From NCBI GenBank assembly GCA_040756235.1, contig JBFLZG010000122.1, positions 31,101-95,100 of the forward strand: a stretch of 64,000 bases of DNA, read 5' to 3'. How positions within the stretch are numbered: the first letter of the stretch is position 1; every line of letters starts with the position of its first letter. The position numbers and the translations under genes are program-made. The notes beneath the pieces were generated by a model, which saw only the letters and a list, made by a program, of their open reading frames with translations, did not search any database and was not told the DNA's origin. Origin of the DNA: a bacterium. GTDB lineage: Bacteria > Desulfobacterota > DSWW01. This document shows positions 7,958-17,486 of this stretch, piece by piece.

Positions 7958-10900
7958 ATGCCCGTGCGCACCCCCTTCGGCAATCTCCGCTACCTGAAGG
8001 CCCTTACCGGACTCGACCGGACCCTGATGGAGAAAGTCTCCGGAGGATGGGCGGAGGTCCGGTCCGGTCAGCGGGAATGGGAGGACTTCTACCGGCGGCG
8101 CTGGCAGCACGACCACGTGGTGCGCTCGACCCATGGGGTGAACTGCACCGGGTCGTGCTCGTGGAACGTCTACGTGAAGGACGGCATCGTGGTCTGGGAG
8201 ACGCAGAAGGTCGACTACCCGAGCTGCGGCAGCGAGATGCCCGACCACGAGCCGCGGGGATGCCCGCGCGGCGCGACCTACTCCTGGTACATTTACAGCC
8301 CGGCCCGCGTCCGCTACCCGTACATGCGCTCGGCGCTGTACGGGCTGTGGCAGGATGCGCTGCGGGCCCACCAGGATCCGATCGCCGCCTGGGAGTCGAT
8401 CGTCTCCGACCCGGAGAAGGCAGGCTGCTACAAGAGCGCCAGGGGGCAGGGCGGCCTGGTCCGCGTCTCCTGGGACGAGGCCCTGGATCTGGTCGCGGCC
8501 TCCCTGGTCTACACCATCAAGAAGCACGGCCCGGACCGCGTCTTCGGGTTCACCCCGATCCCGGCCATGTCCATGGTCTCCTACGCCTCGGGCGCCCGGT
8601 TTCTGTCGCTCATCGGCGCCTCGGTCGTCAGTTTCTACGACTGGTACTGCGATCTCCCGCCCGCGTCCCCGCAGGTCTGGGGGGACCAGACCGACGTGCC
8701 GGAAAGCGCCGACTGGTACGAATCCACCTACATGATCGTCTGGGGAACGAACCTCCCCATGACGCGCTCTCCGGATGCCCACTTCTACACCGAGGCGAGA
8801 TACCGGGGAGCCAAGGTCGTGGCCGTGGCCCCGGATTACGCGGAGTACGTCAAGTTCGCCGACGCCTGGCTGCCCGCCAAGGCCGGGACGGACGGCGCGC
8901 TGGCCATGGCCATGACGCACGTGATCCTCAAGGAATTCTACCTCGAGCGGAGCTGCGAAGCCTTCGTCGCGTACGCAAAGCGGTACACCGACCTGCCGTT
9001 CCTGGTGACGCTCGAGAGACGCGGGGGAAGGCTCGCCCCGGACCGGTTCCTCCGGGCATCGGACATCGGTCCGGACGAGAAGGACGGGGAATGGAAGACT
9101 GTGCTCCTGGACGCGCTCACCGGCGCTCCGGCGGTCCCCAACGGCAGCATCGGATTCCGCTGGAACGAAAAGGGGCTCTGGAACCTGGAGCTGCGCGACG
9201 CCTCCACCGGCAAGGCCGTGGACCCGCTCCTCAGCCTCGCCGGCACGAACGACGGCTGGGAGCTGGTCACCTTTCCGCTGTTCGAGACCGGCGGGCCGAC
9301 GACCCGGACCGGCGCGGTACCGGTGAAGAGGATCGCTGCGGGCGGCCGGACCGTGCTGGCGGCCACGGTCTTCGACCTGATGGTCGCCCACGTCGGCATC
9401 GACCGAGGCAGAGGAGGAGAGGCGGCCTCGAGCTACGACGACCCGGTGCCTTACACCCCGGCCTGGCAGGAGGCGATCACGGGCGTAGCGCGCGAGGCGG
9501 CGCTCAGGGTGGCCCGGGAGTTCGCCGACAACGCGGAGAAGACCGGCGGCAAATCGATGATCTTTCTGGGCGCCGGTACGAACCACTGGTACCACAGCGA
9601 CATGATCTACCGCACCATCCTCAACCTGACCACCCTGTGCGGCTGCCAGGGCGTGAACGGCGGCGGCTGGGCCCATTACGTGGGCCAGGAGAAGGTCAGG
9701 CCCCTGGCGGGCTGGACGACGGTCGCCTTCGGCCTCGACTGGTCCCGGCCCCCGCGCTTCCAGAACGGGACTTCCTTCTTCTACTTCGTCACCGACCAGT
9801 GGCGTTACGACACCTTCGGCGGCAGGGAGATCGCCTCCCCCCTGGCCGGGCCCGAGGCGCACCGCCACAACGCCGATTTCAACGTGATTGCGGCCCGTCT
9901 GGGCTGGCTCCCGGCCTACCCTCAGTTCGACCGGAACCCGCTCGAGATCTGCAGGGAGGCCGTAAAGAGCGGGGCGGCCTCGGACGAGGAGATCGTCCGC
10001 TGGGTCGTGGCGAAGCTGAAGAGCGGCGAGATCCGCTTCGCCTACGAAGATCCGGACGCACCGGGGAGCTTTCCCAGGGTCCTCTTCCTCTGGCGGGCCA
10101 ACCTGCTGGGCGCGAGCGGCAAGGGTCACGAGTATTTCCTGAAGCACCTCCTCGGGTGCCGCAACGCCGTGTTCAACACGGATGAAGGAAAGATGCGCCC
10201 CCGGGAGATCGTCTGGCGCGACCCGGCGCCCGAGGGAAAGCTCGATCTGCTCGTCACCCTCGAGATGCGCATGTCCACGAGCGCGCTCTATGCCGACGTG
10301 GTCCTGCCCTCGGGCGGCTGGTACGAGATGCACGACCTGAGCAGCACCGACCTCCATCCGTTCCTGCACCCGTTCAATCCGGCCGTCGACCCTCCCTGGG
10401 AGGCGAGGACCAACTGGGACCAGTTCCGGGCCGTGGCCGAGCGGTTCTCCAGGCTCGCGGCCGGACACCTGGGAATCGAGAAGGACCTCGTTGCCACGGC
10501 GCTGATGCACGACACGCCGGACGAGCTCGCGCAGCCTCTGGGCCGGGTCAGAGACTGGAAGAACGGCGAGGTCGAGCCGGTGCCCGGTAAGACCCTGCCG
10601 AACCTGGCCGTCCTTTCCCGCGATTACCCGAACACGTACAAGAAGATGACCGCCCTCGGACCGCTGGTGCGCGAAAAAGGGGTCGGGGCCAAAGGGGTCT
10701 CGTGGAAGGCCGATGCGGAGTACGAAGAGCTCAAGGGGAAGCTCGGTGCCGTGGCGGAGCCCGGGATCTCGCAGGGGATGCCGGAGCTGCGCTCCGGCAA
10801 GCAGGTGGCCGAGACCATCCTCGCCCTGTCCCCGGAGTCGAACGGCAGGACCGCGGTCAAGGCCTGGAAGGCGCTGGAAGGGCGGACCGGCCGGAGCCTG

Positions 10901-11659
10901 ACGCACCTCGCGGGCGAGCGGGAATTCGACCGCATGACCTTCGCGGACCTGACCGCTCAGCCGCGGACGGTCATCACCAGCCCCACCTGGAGCGGCTCGG
11001 AGACCGCAGGCCGCAGGTACTCGCCCTTCACCATCAACATCGAGGAGAAGATCCCGTTTCGCACCTTGACCGGGCGCGCCCAGCTCTACCAGGACCACGA
11101 ATGGATGTTGAGCTTCGGCGAGGCCCTGCCCCTGTACCGGCCTCCGCTGGACATGCGCGCCCTCGGCTCCACCGACGTGCGCCGCGACGACGCCCGGGAG
11201 CTGGTCCTGAACTACCTGACCCCTCACTCCAAGTGGTCGATCCACAGCACCTACTCGGAGACGCCGATCATGCTGACCCTGTTCCGGGGCGGCGAGGCGA
11301 TCTGGATCAACCGGCAGGACGCAGAGGCGCTCGAGGTCGCGGACGGCGAGTGGCTCGAGTGCTTCAACGTGAACGGCCTCGTCATGGCCAAGGCGGTGGT
11401 GAGCCACAGGATTCCCAGGGGCAAGGCCTTCATGTACCACGCCCAGGAGAGGCTCATCAACATCCCGGGTTCCAGAAGGTCTGGCCAGAGGGGAGGGACC
11501 CACAACAGCGTGACCCGCATCCTGGTCAAGCCGACCCAGATGATCGGCGGCTACGCGCACCTGAGCTACGGGTTCAACTACTACGGTCCGACGGGCGCCC
11601 AGCGGGACGAGGTCATCGTGGTCCGAAAGGCCGGGGAGGTCGACTGGTATGAAGATTAA
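7958..11659 (+). CDS. narG: Respiratory nitrate reductase alpha subunit
   Basis: STHGVNCTGSCSW, EPRGCPRGA, FYDWYCDLPPASPQ, GGYAHLSYGFNYYG. GGAGG RBS precedes the ATG at 7958. Confidence 0.96.
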   Translation: MPVRTPFGNLRYLKALTGLDRTLMEKVSGGWAEVRSGQREWEDFYRRRWQHDHVVRSTHGVNCTGSCSWNVYVKDGIVVWETQKVDYPSCGSEMPDHEPRGCPRGATYSWYIYSPARVRYPYMRSALYGLWQDALRAHQDPIAAWESIVSDPEKAGCYKSARGQGGLVRVSWDEALDLVAASLVYTIKKHGPDRVFGFTPIPAMSMVSYASGARFLSLIGASVVSFYDWYCDLPPASPQVWGDQTDVPESADWYESTYMIVWGTNLPMTRSPDAHFYTEARYRGAKVVAVAPDYAEYVKFADAWLPAKAGTDGALAMAMTHVILKEFYLERSCEAFVAYAKRYTDLPFLVTLERRGGRLAPDRFLRASDIGPDEKDGEWKTVLLDALTGAPAVPNGSIGFRWNEKGLWNLELRDASTGKAVDPLLSLAGTNDGWELVTFPLFETGGPTTRTGAVPVKRIAAGGRTVLAATVFDLMVAHVGIDRGRGGEAASSYDDPVPYTPAWQEAITGVAREAALRVAREFADNAEKTGGKSMIFLGAGTNHWYHSDMIYRTILNLTTLCGCQGVNGGGWAHYVGQEKVRPLAGWTTVAFGLDWSRPPRFQNGTSFFYFVTDQWRYDTFGGREIASPLAGPEAHRHNADFNVIAARLGWLPAYPQFDRNPLEICREAVKSGAASDEEIVRWVVAKLKSGEIRFAYEDPDAPGSFPRVLFLWRANLLGASGKGHEYFLKHLLGCRNAVFNTDEGKMRPREIVWRDPAPEGKLDLLVTLEMRMSTSALYADVVLPSGGWYEMHDLSSTDLHPFLHPFNPAVDPPWEARTNWDQFRAVAERFSRLAAGHLGIEKDLVATALMHDTPDELAQPLGRVRDWKNGEVEPVPGKTLPNLAVLSRDYPNTYKKMTALGPLVREKGVGAKGVSWKADAEYEELKGKLGAVAEPGISQGMPELRSGKQVAETILALSPESNGRTAVKAWKALEGRTGRSLTHLAGEREFDRMTFADLTAQPRTVITSPTWSGSETAGRRYSPFTINIEEKIPFRTLTGRAQLYQDHEWMLSFGEALPLYRPPLDMRALGSTDVRRDDARELVLNYLTPHSKWSIHSTYSETPIMLTLFRGGEAIWINRQDAEALEVADGEWLECFNVNGLVMAKAVVSHRIPRGKAFMYHAQERLINIPGSRRSGQRGGTHNSVTRILVKPTQMIGGYAHLSYGFNYYGPTGAQRDEVIVVRKAGEVDWYED

Positions 11660-13073
11660 GGCCCAGCTCGCCATGGTCATGAACCTGGACAAATGCATCG
11701 GGTGCCACACATGCAGCATTCCCTGCAAGAACGTGTGGACCAGCCGGCCCGGCGCCGAGTACATCTGGTTCAACAACGTGGAGACCAAGCCGGGGATCGG
11801 CTACCCGAAGCACTGGGAGGACCAGGAGCGTTACCGGGGCGGATGGGCGATGAAGGACGGGAAGCTGGATCTCGCCGCCGGCGGCAGGCTCCGGAAGCTG
11901 GCGGGCATCTTCTACAACCCCGACCTGCCCACGATCGACGACTACTATGAGCCGTGGACCTACGACTACGAGAAGCTCACGTCGAGCCCGGCCAGCAAGC
12001 AGCAGCCGGCCATCCGTCCCAAGTCGCTCATCACCGGCAGGAAGATGGAGCTCGACTGGGGGCCGAACTGGGAAGACGATCTTGCGGGCGCGCCCGCGAC
12101 CGGCGGCCAGGACGTCAACTTCCGCTCTCTGGAAGCGGCGAGATACCTCCAGTTCGAGGAGGTCTTCATGTTCTACCTGCCCCGGATCTGCGAGCACTGC
12201 CTGAATCCCTCGTGCGTCGCCTCCTGCCCGTCCGCCGCGCTCTACAAGCGGGACGAGGACGGGATCGTGCTGGTCGATCAGGTCCGGTGCCGCGGCTGGC
12301 GGTTCTGCGTCTCGGGCTGCCCTTACAAGAAGGTCTATTTCCAATGGGCCAGCGGAACGTCGGTCAAGTGCCTCTTCTGCTACCCCCGGATCGAGGCCGG
12401 CCTGACCACGCTCTGCGCCGAGACGTGCGTGGGGCGGATCCGCTCGGTCGGCGCGCTGCTGTATGACGCGGACCGGGTGCGCGAGGCGGCGTCGGTCGCA
12501 GAGGATACCCGGGTCTATCCGGCTCACCTGTCCGTCATCCTCGACCCCGACGACCCGGAGGTGGCGCGCAGGGCCGCGGCCGACGGCATCCCGGAGGCCA
12601 CGCTGGCCGCGGCGCGCAACTCGCCGGTCTACCAGCTCGCCGTGCGGTGGAGGCTCGCCCTGCCGCCGCACCCGGAGTTCCGCACGCTGCCCATGGTCTG
12701 GTACATCCCGCCGTTGAGCCCGATCGCCCGCGTCGAGGATCCCGGGGCGACCGAAGGCGGCATCGACGACATGCGCATCCCGGTGCGCTATCTGGCGAAC
12801 CTGCTCGCCGCGGGCGACGAGGAGCCGGTGCGGCTCGCGCTGAATCGCCTGCTCGCCATCCGCCGCTACATGCGTTCGGTGCGGGTGGAAAAGAAGCCGG
12901 ACAAAACGGTGCTCGAGGAGGCCGGCCTGGACCCGTCCCAGGCCGAAGAGATGGTCCGGCTTCTGGCGATCGCCAAGTTCGCGGACCGTTACGTGATACC
13001 GACGGCGCGCCGGGAGGCGGACACGGACCCGGGCCGGCTTCAGGGGCGGGCCGGTTACCCGGAGGATGCATGA
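11649..13073 (+). CDS. narH: Respiratory nitrate reductase beta subunit
   Basis: MNLDKCIGCHTCSIPCKNVW, PRICEHCLNPSCVASCP, CRGWRFCVSGCPYKK. Confidence 0.96.
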   Translation: MKIKAQLAMVMNLDKCIGCHTCSIPCKNVWTSRPGAEYIWFNNVETKPGIGYPKHWEDQERYRGGWAMKDGKLDLAAGGRLRKLAGIFYNPDLPTIDDYYEPWTYDYEKLTSSPASKQQPAIRPKSLITGRKMELDWGPNWEDDLAGAPATGGQDVNFRSLEAARYLQFEEVFMFYLPRICEHCLNPSCVASCPSAALYKRDEDGIVLVDQVRCRGWRFCVSGCPYKKVYFQWASGTSVKCLFCYPRIEAGLTTLCAETCVGRIRSVGALLYDADRVREAASVAEDTRVYPAHLSVILDPDDPEVARRAAADGIPEATLAAARNSPVYQLAVRWRLALPPHPEFRTLPMVWYIPPLSPIARVEDPGATEGGIDDMRIPVRYLANLLAAGDEEPVRLALNRLLAIRRYMRSVRVEKKPDKTVLEEAGLDPSQAEEMVRLLAIAKFADRYVIPTARREADTDPGRLQGRAGYPEDA

Positions 13074-13603
13074 ACGAGGAATCGCGTCTCCTGCTGCGGC
13101 TCCTTGCGCGCCTCGCGGCGTACCCGGATGAAGGGTGGGCCGAGCTCCTGGAAGGCCGAGACTCCTGGCCGAAGGGGCCCTTGCACGCCGCGGAATGGGA
13201 GCGGTGCGGCGATTTCCTGGCCCGGCGCTCCGCGGAGCCTCTCCTGCGGCAGATGGAGGAATACACGCAGACCTTTTACCTCTCGGCGCCGTCCTGCCTG
13301 GACCTGACCTGGCACCGCTGGGACGACGAAAGAGTCCGACGGAACGCGCTCGCTCATCTGGTCGGCTTGTACAGGCAGGCCGGGTACGCATGCACCGCGC
13401 GGGAGATGCCGGACCACCTGCCGGTGGTGCTCGAATTCCTGTCGCTGGCGAGAGAAGAGACCGGCCGGTGGATCGTGGAGACGTACGCGGAGGCCGTCTC
13501 CATCATCGCCTCGAGCCTCAGGGAGCGCGCGAGTCCGTACGTGCCGCTGTTCGATGCGATCCTGAGCGTGTTCGAGGCTTTGCGGAATGGAGGTCCGCGG
13601 TGA
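13070..13603 (+). CDS. narJ: Nitrate reductase molybdenum cofactor assembly chaperone
   Basis: ATGA overlap with the narH stop; YP.E, YTQTF and EMPDHLPVVLEF motifs; operon position. Confidence 0.88.
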   Translation: MNEESRLLLRLLARLAAYPDEGWAELLEGRDSWPKGPLHAAEWERCGDFLARRSAEPLLRQMEEYTQTFYLSAPSCLDLTWHRWDDERVRRNALAHLVGLYRQAGYACTAREMPDHLPVVLEFLSLAREETGRWIVETYAEAVSIIASSLRERASPYVPLFDAILSVFEALRNGGPR

Positions 13604-13852
13604 AAGTCGCGTGCGAGCGTTGTGAACACTCGGTAGGGTGGACCAAGCGCCAGCGTGTCCGCCAACCCGGGAAGAAAAGCGCGAGCGCGGCAGTCCGTAT
13701 GTGCCGCTGTTCGATGTGATCCTGAGCGTGTTCGGAGACATTGCGGAATGGAGGTCCGCGGTGAAAGTCGCGTGCGAGCGTTGTGAACACTCGGTAGGGT
13801 GGACAAAGCGCCAGCGTGTCCACCAACCCCGGAAGAAAAGCGCGAGCGCGGC
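13532..13852 (+). repeat. Two-copy tandem duplication of about 160 bp containing the narJ 3' end and a REP
   Basis: AGTCCGTA(C/T)GTGCCGCTGTTCGATG... starts at 13532 and at 13692. Each unit carries a GTAG REP (13633, 13794). Confidence 0.9.
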
Positions 13853-13948
13853 AGCCGAGCGCAGTGAGGCCGGCCGGCTCCGTGAGGTCCCGCAACCTGT
13901 CACGGGCGCTCTGCCCCCCTCTGGAGGTCGACCACGTGTCGCCTCCTG

Positions 13949-13981
13949 TGGTGGACACGCCTTCGGCTTTGTCCACCCTAC
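13949..13981 (-). repeat. GTAG-type REP, family A (inverted copy)
   Basis: TGGTGGACACGCCTTCGGCTTTGTCCACCCTAC. Confidence 0.85.
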
Positions 13982-14016
13982 CGGGATGCTGCGCATCTGA
14001 GGATGGAGAACAATCC

Positions 14017-14682
14017 ATGAAGGACGGATACACCCTGGCCTTTGTGATCTTTCCGTACATCGCCTTGACCACCTTCGTGGTGGGCCACCTCTACCGGTAC
14101 ATGACGGACGCCTACCGCTGGAACGCACGCTCGAGCGAGCTGCTGGCCAAAGAGAGCCTGAGGGCCGGGAGCTGGCTCTTTCACTGGGGGATGATTCTCG
14201 TCCTCATCGGGCACTCCGGGGGCCTCCTGATCCCGCAGAGCGTCTACGACGCGGTCGGCATCAGCGACACCGGGCACATGCGCATCGCCTACCTCTCCGG
14301 CATGCTGATCGGTTTCATCACCCTGGCCGGGGTGGTCCTTCTGATCTTCAGGCGTCTGCTGAGCGTGCGCCTCCTGGCCGTGACGAGCCTGAATGACTGG
14401 GTCACGCTGGCCCTCCTGTTCCTGGTCATCACAATCGGCACCTACGCCGTCTTCGGCCACTATAACGTGCTGTACTCCGTTGCCCCCTGGATCCGCAGCA
14501 TCGTGGCGCTGCACCCCAACCCGGAGCTCATGCGGTCCGTGCCGTTGGTATACAAGATCCACATCCTGGCGGCTTTCGCCCTGTTCGGGTTCTCTCCGTT
14601 CAGCCGGCTGGTCCACATCTGGAGCGTGCCCGTGACCTATCCTTTGAGAAGCTACATCGTGTTCCGCAAGCGCCAGGCGTGA
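14017..14682 (+). CDS. narI: Respiratory nitrate reductase gamma subunit (cytochrome b)
   Basis: FPYIALTTF, W.ARSSEL, LFHWG...GH, HI...FSPFSRLVHIW; hydrophobic protein; GGAG RBS before the ATG at 14017. Confidence 0.93.
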   Translation: MKDGYTLAFVIFPYIALTTFVVGHLYRYMTDAYRWNARSSELLAKESLRAGSWLFHWGMILVLIGHSGGLLIPQSVYDAVGISDTGHMRIAYLSGMLIGFITLAGVVLLIFRRLLSVRLLAVTSLNDWVTLALLFLVITIGTYAVFGHYNVLYSVAPWIRSIVALHPNPELMRSVPLVYKIHILAAFALFGFSPFSRLVHIWSVPVTYPLRSYIVFRKRQA

Positions 14683-14694
14683 TGTAGTATTTTT

Positions 14695-14809
14695 CGTCAT
14701 CCCGGCCCATGTGCGAAGCGTGTGTGAGCCGGGATCCAGAAGGGTGCACCAAGGCCAGCTGTGGTAACTGGGCGCAGGGACTGGATTCCGGCCTGCGCCG
14801 GAATGACGG
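14695..14809. repeat. GTCATCCCGGC...GCCGG(A/G)ATCCAG-type palindromic repeat pair
   Basis: CGTCATCCCGGC...GCCGGGATCCAG ... CTGGATTCCGGCCTGCGCCGGAATGACG. A homologous element lies at about 17258-17376. Confidence 0.75.
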
Positions 14810-14977
14810 AAAGCATGCGGCCGCGCCTCCGAGTCCTCCGGAATGAGTGGTCGCACGAGGGTCTGACCGGATTTATGACACACCCTCTTGCGACGGAATG
14901 ACAGAAGAGGAGTTTACAGCCTGTCACGCTTTCCCCTCATCAAACCAGGAAAGAGTGGGTATCGCAGAAAGGACAAA

Positions 14978-16312
14978 GTGAGAGCTCGCGAAGAAAAAAG
15001 GCGCGACCTGGCCGCGATCAGGGGCACGCCCGCGCAGGGTCTTGCCGGGGCCACGCTGGGGTTCTTCTTCGGGTTTGCCGCGGTCGCCCTGTTCGGTCCC
15101 ACGGCCGAGCGTCTCCGGCAGATCATGGATCTGCCTCCGATCCTGCTCGGCTTCCTCGTGGCTGCGCCCACCTTGAGCGGTTCGCTGCTGCGCATCCCCT
15201 TTTCCGCCTGGGTGGATACGACCGGCGGCCGCAAGCCGTTCCTCGTGCTCCTCTCCCTCTCCATTGCGGGGATGGCGGGCCTGTCACTCGTCCTCGCGTT
15301 GCTCTATCCGGACAAGCTCACCGCGACCTACTATCCGCTCCTGTTTGCGCTTGGGGCCCTCTGCGGTTGCGGCATCGCAACCTTCTCCGTCGGGATCAGC
15401 CAGGTGGCCTACTGGTACCAGCCGGCACGGCACGGCACAGCGCTGGGCGCCTACGCCGGGATCGGAAACCTGGCCCCCGGTCTGTTCTCGTTCATCCTGC
15501 CGATCGCGCTGGCCTCGATCGGGCTGGTCGGGGCCTATCTCGCCTGGCTGGCTTTTCTCGTGCTCGGCACGGTCCTGTACGCCCTGCTCGGCAGGAACGC
15601 CTGGTACTTCCAATATCTTGGCAGGGGTCTGCCCGCCAATGAGGCGCGGGGCCTCGCCACGCACGACGGGCAGCGGGTCTTCCCATCCGGAAAGGTGATG
15701 GAGGGGCTCAGGGCCTCGGCCCGGATCTGGCAGACCTGGGTGCTGGTCGCCCTCTACTTCACGACTTTCGGGGGCTTCCTGGCGCTCACGGCCTGGCTGC
15801 CCACGTACTGGAGCCTGTACTACGATTTCGGCTTGAGGAAGGCAGGCGCGCTCACCGCGGCCTTCTCGCTGCTTGCCTCGGTGGTTCGGGTCTACGGCGG
15901 GTCCTGGGCCGACCGCTGGGGGGGCGAGAACACATCGGCCGGCTCGGCGATCGTGCTCCTGGCCGGTTCGGGCATCCTGACGTTCACCTCGAATTTCACG
16001 CTGGCGCTCGCGGGCACGCTGCTCATCGCGATCGGCATGGGCGTGAACAATGCGGCGGTCTTCAAGATGGTGCCGCAGTACGCACGCAAGGCGATCGGCG
16101 GAGCTTCGGGTTGGGTGGGCGGCCTGGGTGCCTTCGGCGGGTTCGCCATTCCGCCGCTCCTGGGCCTGTTCGTCAACCTCCAGGGGAAGAAAGGATATGC
16201 AACCGGGTTCGTGACCTTCATCGGTCTTGCGCTGGCGGCCCTCGGGTTGGCCGTTCTGCTCCGGGTCGCCGGGCGCAAACCGCCGATCATCGTGTACATC
16301 CGGCCGAGATAG
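14978..16312 (+). CDS. narK: Nitrate/nitrite MFS transporter
   Basis: GSLLRIP, GIATFSVGI, YAGIGNL, YFTTFGGF, GMGVNNAAVFKMVP, GWVGGLGAFGGF; follows narI. GTG start inferred. Confidence 0.85.
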   Translation: MRAREEKRRDLAAIRGTPAQGLAGATLGFFFGFAAVALFGPTAERLRQIMDLPPILLGFLVAAPTLSGSLLRIPFSAWVDTTGGRKPFLVLLSLSIAGMAGLSLVLALLYPDKLTATYYPLLFALGALCGCGIATFSVGISQVAYWYQPARHGTALGAYAGIGNLAPGLFSFILPIALASIGLVGAYLAWLAFLVLGTVLYALLGRNAWYFQYLGRGLPANEARGLATHDGQRVFPSGKVMEGLRASARIWQTWVLVALYFTTFGGFLALTAWLPTYWSLYYDFGLRKAGALTAAFSLLASVVRVYGGSWADRWGGENTSAGSAIVLLAGSGILTFTSNFTLALAGTLLIAIGMGVNNAAVFKMVPQYARKAIGGASGWVGGLGAFGGFAIPPLLGLFVNLQGKKGYATGFVTFIGLALAALGLAVLLRVAGRKPPIIVYIRPR

Positions 16313-16488
16313 CCCGGCACGTGTGGTTCCGCAGGGGGGTCTCGCGCCATGGCTTGGTCCCGGATTTTGGCACCGATTGAAGTCTACCCGATCGAGCTGT
16401 ATTTTTTAGGACAACTGATTATATTAGTCTGCATCTAAGTCTTTGACCCTCGTTCCCAAGTCACCTTCCTGCCTCCGGGGAAAAACCG

Positions 16489-17202
16489 ATGCCGTTGCTG
16501 AACCGCCGAGGCCTTTTGAGGGCCGCCGCCGCAGCCGCGTTTGCGGGCGCCCTCCCACGCTGGCCCGCGGCGGCAGCCGAACGGCAAGAGGAGAGTACCA
16601 TGGCATTCGATCTGCCCCCCCTGCCGTACCCGAAAGAAGCCCTGGAACCGTACATCTCGGCAAGGACCCTGGAGTTCCATCACGGGAAGCACCACCAGGC
16701 CTATGTCACCAACCTGAACAACCTGGTGAAGGATAAGGACCTTGCCCAGAAGCCGCTCGAGGAAGTGGTCCGGGCCTCCTGGGGGGACCCGTCCAAGGCC
16801 GGAATCTTCAACAACAGCGCCCAGGTTTGGAACCACACCTTCTTCTGGAACTGCATGAAGAAGGGCGGAGGGCAGCCTTCCGGAAAGGCGGCTGACCGGA
16901 TTCAGGCCGACTTCGGGAGTGTCGATGCGTTCAAGAACGAGCTCAAGAACGCGGCTGTCACCCAGTTCGGCAGCGGGTGGGCATGGCTCGTCCTCGACAA
17001 GGGCAAGCTCAAGGTCACCAAGACGCCCAACGCGGAGAACCCGCTGGTGCACGGGCAGGCCGCGCTCCTCACGGTGGACGTGTGGGAGCACGCCTACTAT
17101 CTGGATTATCAGAACCGCCGTCCCGACTTCGTCCAGGCCTTCATGGACCACCTCATCAACTGGGACTTCGTCAACCAGAACCTGGCGAAGGCGGGGGGGT
17201 GA
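16489..17202 (+). CDS. sodB: Fe/Mn superoxide dismutase (Fe-type likely) with a Tat-like N-terminal extension
   Basis: LEFHHGKHH, FNNSAQVWNH, QFGSGWAWL, DVWEHAYY. N-terminus NRRGLL...AAA. Second in-frame ATG at 16600 with its own RBS. Confidence 0.9.
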   Translation: MPLLNRRGLLRAAAAAAFAGALPRWPAAAAERQEESTMAFDLPPLPYPKEALEPYISARTLEFHHGKHHQAYVTNLNNLVKDKDLAQKPLEEVVRASWGDPSKAGIFNNSAQVWNHTFFWNCMKKGGGQPSGKAADRIQADFGSVDAFKNELKNAAVTQFGSGWAWLVLDKGKLKVTKTPNAENPLVHGQAALLTVDVWEHAYYLDYQNRRPDFVQAFMDHLINWDFVNQNLAKAGG

Positions 17203-17204
17203 GC

Positions 17205-17486
17205 CTAGCACTGCGCATTACCCACAAGTCAATCTGAAAGATCACACTGACTCTGTCGGTCATCCCGGCCCCGCCGCGTAGCGCGTGCGAGCCGGGATCC
17301 AGAAGTCTGCACAAGGGAACGGAGGTGTCATCACGCGGAGCAGGGACTGGACCCCGGCCTGCGCCGGGGTGACGGAACTGAGGAAACCGCGGCGGTCCGC
17401 TGCCCGGTCCTCCCGAATGGCGGTTTCGAGCTGGATTTCGCGTTGCGTCCCTGATGGGCCGACTTGTGGGTAAAGGGCAGGCCTAG
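17205..17486. mobile_element. MITE-like non-autonomous element
   Basis: Terminal inverted repeats CTAGCACTGCGCATTACCCACAAGTC and GACTTGTGGGTAAAGGGCAGGCCTAG resemble the ends of the adjacent IS; no credible ORF. Confidence 0.75.

Noticed and set aside
7895..11788. 1297-aa antisense ORF and other long shadow ORFs (e.g. 2597..3832, 5574..7871, 17487..19109, 40952..42499)
   Set aside because: They lie opposite or out of frame to well-supported genes, have no motifs, and are expected with high-GC codon bias.
13532..13981. Repeats as a CRISPR array
   Set aside because: The intervening sequence is duplicated rather than unique, the repeats are GTAG REP-like and in both orientations, and there is no cas operon.
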